Source of the DNA: the human T2T-CHM13v2.0 reference genome, Homo sapiens
Direction: 5' to 3' (one strand)
NCBI RefSeq assembly: GCF_009914755.1
Contig: NC_060940.1
Length of the DNA: 64,000 nt
Made by a program: the position numbers and the translations under genes. The notes beneath the pieces were generated by a model. The model saw only the letters and a list, made by a program, of their open reading frames with translations, ran no database searches and had not been told where the DNA came from. This document shows, piece by piece, positions 60,908-64,000 of this stretch (positions are counted from its first letter, which is position 1; each line of letters begins with the position of its first letter).

Positions 60908-62364
60908 TGAGACCTACTTTTCAAACATGAAGTACTAAGTGATCCTCAATTGGACCAAGACTTAGGAGCCCTGCCCCAATCACGTTGCTTCTCCCAGTTT
61001 ACTCGGGGTGACCTAGACAGCTACATCAACACACAGTCTGGTGAAATGCACGTGCGTAACTTGAGGATGTCAACCTTTTGGCGCAGTCTCATTTCCTCTG
61101 CAGAAGAGCGGCTAGAGACATTATACTCTGTTCCCGAAGTATATAGACTAATAAAATAGTGGAGTTGATTTAGATTGATAACAAATTATAAAATTGATAA
61201 AAAATATTTTCTATTTTTATACCATTTAGAACAGCTATTAATATTTTTAAAATTTTTTTCTCAATTGGATGAAAAATAAATGTATGATTATTCCTTCCCT
61301 TTCAATTGCAGTTACATTACATTTTCATTGTTTCTCTTGCACTGAGATTTATTTTTTATTTTTAGTTTATTTTGTTCATTGCTATGGAAGGGTGATAATT
61401 GTATCAAGTAAGTCTCTTTTACTTACCTGAGAGTTCCCATGTTCTTTGGGGAAATAAATGTCATCATATAAGTCAGTCTTAGGTTAACAGGTTGTTTTAA
61501 AATTGCTAACCACTATCCAAATGCAGAGTGATAGTATTTTCTGGGTAGGTATTTCATACTCTCTTTTCGAATATTGGTCACCGAAGGATTTCACAAACCA
61601 CTGACATTTCAGCATTATGACAGTGCAATGTGCTCCTGTCACCCTCTGACCCCATATTTTTTTTAAACCATTCATTTCAATCGGAAAAAGTATAATTTTT
61701 TGAAAAAACAGAGATACTTACCCTTTGCGCTGCTTTTAAAGATTACTGGGAGACTTCATATCTCAGATAATTGATGGTAAATTCTGCTTGGTTGTTTATA
61801 AGCTCAAACTTTGGAGATCTACAAAAAGAGTTTCATCTGAGAAATAAAAACTATTTTAATGATTGTATGATCCACCAGACTGTGAGGTCTTTTCTTCAGT
61901 CCCTCCTCTTTCATGAAGCGTTTGAGGATTATTCCATTTATCTCTTTCCTTACCGACTTTATTTCCTGTGTCAAAAAGTATGATACTAACGGTAAGTTTG
62001 TGTATGGTACATTTACTGGTGTATGGTACCGTATGTGGCTGATGTTAGGTCATATTAAATTTTACATTTTGAGATTGCTTATACATAGTAGTGTTTTATA
62101 CACAGTAATTCTCTTTTCCCTATGGGGATTATAAGATCCCTCTGGCTGACAACACTGCTATAAATTTGTTTTTTGTGTCTAGTAAGATGCTACAAATGTG
62201 GTTGACTCTCAGCATTTCTTGTCAAATGGAAACATGTATAGATTGGAAGTTAAGCTTTTTGTTTTTTGTTTTTTTTTACTTTACTGAACAGTTATTTAAC
62301 CTTAACTCTTAATCTGCTCTCCATCACCAGTAGAAAATATTTTGTTTAGAAAATGTTTTGTGTA

Positions 62365-62818
<454 letters not shown>

Positions 62819-64000
62819 CTACTGCTCTTCCTCCTGTTTTTATTTAAGACTATGAAGTTACTTTAGTGTAACTGCTGCTGTCACCTTTGCCCTTAGCTAA
62901 TCAAATAGTTTACCTTGAGGGAAGCATTTATCTCCCACTTTCATTATTATTATTTTTGTAGCTGTAAAGATATATATTTTATGTCTGCAGAAGGCTGTAA
63001 CAGTGAAACGAGGTATTGATCTGCTGTATTTAGCAATTTCTTTCCACCTTGCCATCAATAGCATGTCAGCATCTGTCTGTACCGTGGTTGACCTCACAAA
63101 TAGCTCTTTATGCTCCCATTGGATTCAAATGATATAGTATGCTGAAAACTAAATCAATGAATGATTATAAAGTTTTTAGTATTATTTCATGACCTGGAGG
63201 CAACTGGTACTCCTTGCACTGACAGTTCAGTGTACAATGAATATGGTAAAATGAGTGTGTCTGGCCTTTGTTCTACTGAAAGGAGGAAAACGGGTCACCT
63301 GGTTGGGTCAGCTCATACTTCTAATGATCTCAAAGCACTTAGGCACTTCAGTTAAACATCTCACTTTACAGAATCAGGCAGAGAGAAGAGCAAGACTCCT
63401 ATTTAACTTTATTCCCCATGCCTCATCACAAGTATGTAGCAAATGTTTCTAAAATTATTTGAGCTATAATCATATAGGCTTTTGCCTTCATTTATAAAAG
63501 AAAGACAAAAACCCAAAACTAGATGCTTTGTCACTGTCACCAAGGACCTAACGAAAAGGCACATGGTGGAAGGAGGGAGAGTGGTAACCTAGGTTTAGGT
63601 CTAAGGGGACTCTTGCTTGCTGTCAGCACCTGGTACAAATACCAAGATAGGGTTTTTGGGGCCACATTTTCCATTTGAGGGAGTTCCTACTCACCTCCAC
63701 TGATCTGTGGAACACTGAAATAGCAGGAGTCACTAATTTGCCTGCTTTTGGATGTTGCTGAATTCAGCATCGTCTTGAAAAGTTCTTGCCGAATCATACA
63801 TTCAGATGAAAGATGTTTTAGATATTAAACTTGACATTTGGGATATATGGAAAGATAGAACCAGGTGATGGTGGGTGAACAGGGAAAGTAGAACCCAGCA
63901 GTTGTCATCCTGATCTTTTGAGGATATGAATCAAATCTATTTATTTCTAAGAAATGCCATCCTGATGTACTCCTTTGTCCATCAGCCCAGTAGGAAGTTT

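Overview
Human (hominid) genomic DNA covering the head-to-head RPGRIP1L/FTO locus. On the minus strand I can reconstruct RPGRIP1L non-coding exon 1 and coding exons 2-10 (85+145+299+103+144+106+147+74+140 = 1243 coding nt, all GT-AG with consistent phases; N-terminal coiled-coil region; the gene continues left of the window). On the plus strand, FTO exon 1 (MKRTPTAEEREREAK) lies about 330 nt from RPGRIP1L exon 1 in a shared CpG-island promoter, followed by about 20 kb of FTO intron 1. The rest is intronic, with many Alus, L1 fragments, MIR/L2/MER/MLT relics and a full-length SVA. Almost all ORF-track entries are repeat-derived noise. I found no evidence of a new gene or multi-gene system. The most interesting observations are: (1) the SVA has no TSD at its own 5' end, but one encloses Alu + L1 scrap + SVA, suggesting a 5' transduction; (2) a well-formed 94-nt cryptic exon in FTO intron 1 that is a poison exon but also holds an in-frame alternative start; (3) a 25-bp hairpin with a 56-bp tandem duplication in FTO intron 1; (4) twin ZNF143/THAP11 motifs, an RFX X-box-like site and an FTO uORF in the promoter; (5) a nested L1-in-L1 with both TSDs intact; (6) several short dispersed intronic duplications. 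Repeat subfamily calls and repeat boundaries were made by eye and are approximate.
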